A DNA stretch of 63,626 nt, filler included, from Nemertoderma westbladi (Eukaryota; Animalia; Xenacoelomorpha), in assembly GCA_032718475.1 (NCBI GenBank). It is 4 parts of 4 records of this genome, joined end to end, with 100 filler letters (N's around TTAATTAATTAA, not from the genome) between each part and the next. Parts side by side here need not be neighbours in the genome. Positions count along the whole stretch, not along the records: positions 56,710 to 63,626 come from JAUCBJ010001947.1; 3 more parts are not named here. The stretch is one strand, 5' to 3'. The translations under genes and the position numbers were made by a program. The notes beneath the pieces were generated by a model, which was not told where the DNA came from, ran no database searches, and saw nothing but the letters and a program-made list of their open reading frames with translations. Below, one piece after another: positions 62,263 to 63,626 of this stretch. Position 1 is the stretch's first letter; the number at the start of each line of letters is the position of its first letter.

Positions 62263-62639
62263 ATTCTTCACCAGACCTCCCAAAACCATGGTGAAGGGTA
62301 GCAGAAACTGATAAAAAATAAAATAAGTGACTGCAGACGCCAAAATGAAATCATATCCAAGGAAAAAATCTATAATAATTTAGTTTGTAGTATCAATTAT
62401 TGGTTACTGGTACATTCACTGACCTTTTTTTTAAAATTAATAACTGTCCTGATCAAATAAAAAAAAAGCAAAAATATAACTTTTGGCACTGGCACTGAGC
62501 TTGGCCGCCGGATCTCAAATAGGCCCACTCACCACATAAGAATCTTACATGACCTAAAGTACTGTTGTAGCCAACATGTACTTACCCCCCTCCCCGGCTA
62601 CCTTTTCGTTGTGGATGCAACCCAACCCAATATAATAGA

Positions 62640-62949
62640 GTGGGGCGAGCCACTAAGTGAGCAAGCCTTAACATATGGGTGCCATTAACGAGTTGTCCGT
62701 CGTCGTCGTAAATTTTTGATCGCTAATAACTCGGACATTCCTTGATGAAATTAAACGAAACTTGGTACGTATGTAGTCCTTCAAAAGTTTAGAAAGAATC
62801 TGAATTTTGGTAAAAACGAACAAACACAACGAGGCAAATGAAGAAGACGAGTATTGTGTCTGACGACTTCTGACTAACGACAGGCAACTCGTTAATGGGG
62901 CCCCTATATGCTAAGGCTTTGCTCACTTCGTGCTGCGTGAAGACCCCAC
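62640..62949. mobile_element. Small MITE-like element with ~50-bp imperfect inverted arms
   Basis: AAGTGAGCAAGCCTTAACATAT..CCATTAACGAGTTGTCCGTCGT (62655-62703) pairs with ACGACAGGCAACTCGTTAATGG..ATATGCTAAGGCTTTGCTCACTT (62877-62928); GTGGGG/CCCCAC outer ends. Confidence 0.75.
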
Positions 62950-63626
62950 GAACGTTTCCTTCCTTGGTAACGCATCTATTACATCCATCACCCCTAGGTG
63001 TGCCGCTATTAACTCAAGTTTTGGAACGGGCATGACTTGATGAAGCCTTGCGGAATGCCATCCGTTCATCATTGTTAATTCATGGAGACGAGATATTAAT
63101 TCGACGAGATTTGCTTCAAAGTGTCTCCGTCGATATTATACAAATTATAACAGGTAAGCCTCAACTTCATAGTAGTTATTTTTACCGATGGAAAGATGAC
63201 CTTGCAGCAAGACTACTACCTCATTGCTTTACAGGGATGCCAAAATAATACAATCTGAATTTCGTAATGAAATAGCTTGAGATATGGGCTTTACAAAGTT
63301 ATGTCTTGTCTTTGCTTACGCTGTATGTAGGCCATATACAGTATTCTATTTAATTAAATAATAATAAATTAATTTTAATAAATTTAATTGATTATTAGAT
63401 AGAGTTTTATTCAATAAATATAATATTTATAGTAGATCGAATTAATATAATTACAATGTACGTTACGGTACGTTACGTACATCCAGTATTTACAAAATTT
63501 TACACATAAAAAAAACATTTACACTTAAACAAAAAATAACATTGACACAAAATAATCAACCGAGTTTATATATTTAAACAATCCTACTATGTATAGTTTT
63601 AGTTGGAACATATTTTTAATAACTTT

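Overview
AT-rich eukaryotic (metazoan, probably invertebrate) scaffold DNA made of four contigs joined by three 100-N gaps that carry a TTAATTAATTAA linker. Only two host genes are supportable, both with uninterrupted coding sequence: the kinetochore/ER-Golgi tethering gene ZW10 (9233-11476) and a small MARCH-type RING-CH membrane E3 ligase (54260-54844). The rest is a dense mosaic of mobile DNA. One young RTE-clade LINE family is present as several copies, including a full-length copy with TSD at 57266-61027 and a copy nested in an older relative. There are also L2/CR1- and RTEX-like LINEs, a structurally complete THAP/P-element (43266-46767), hAT-, MULE-, pogo- and Kolobok-like non-autonomous elements, and a gypsy integrase fragment. 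Many tandem arrays (60, 21, ~34, 19, 36, 50, 38 and 6 bp units) are present, several visibly born inside transposons. The best candidate for something undescribed is the ~390-nt 5' leader of the RTE element: a pseudoknot-capable 5' domain followed by a duplicated three-hairpin module with compensatory base changes. No prokaryote-type system (CRISPR, operon) is present. All family assignments rest on motif recognition by eye, not on database searches.
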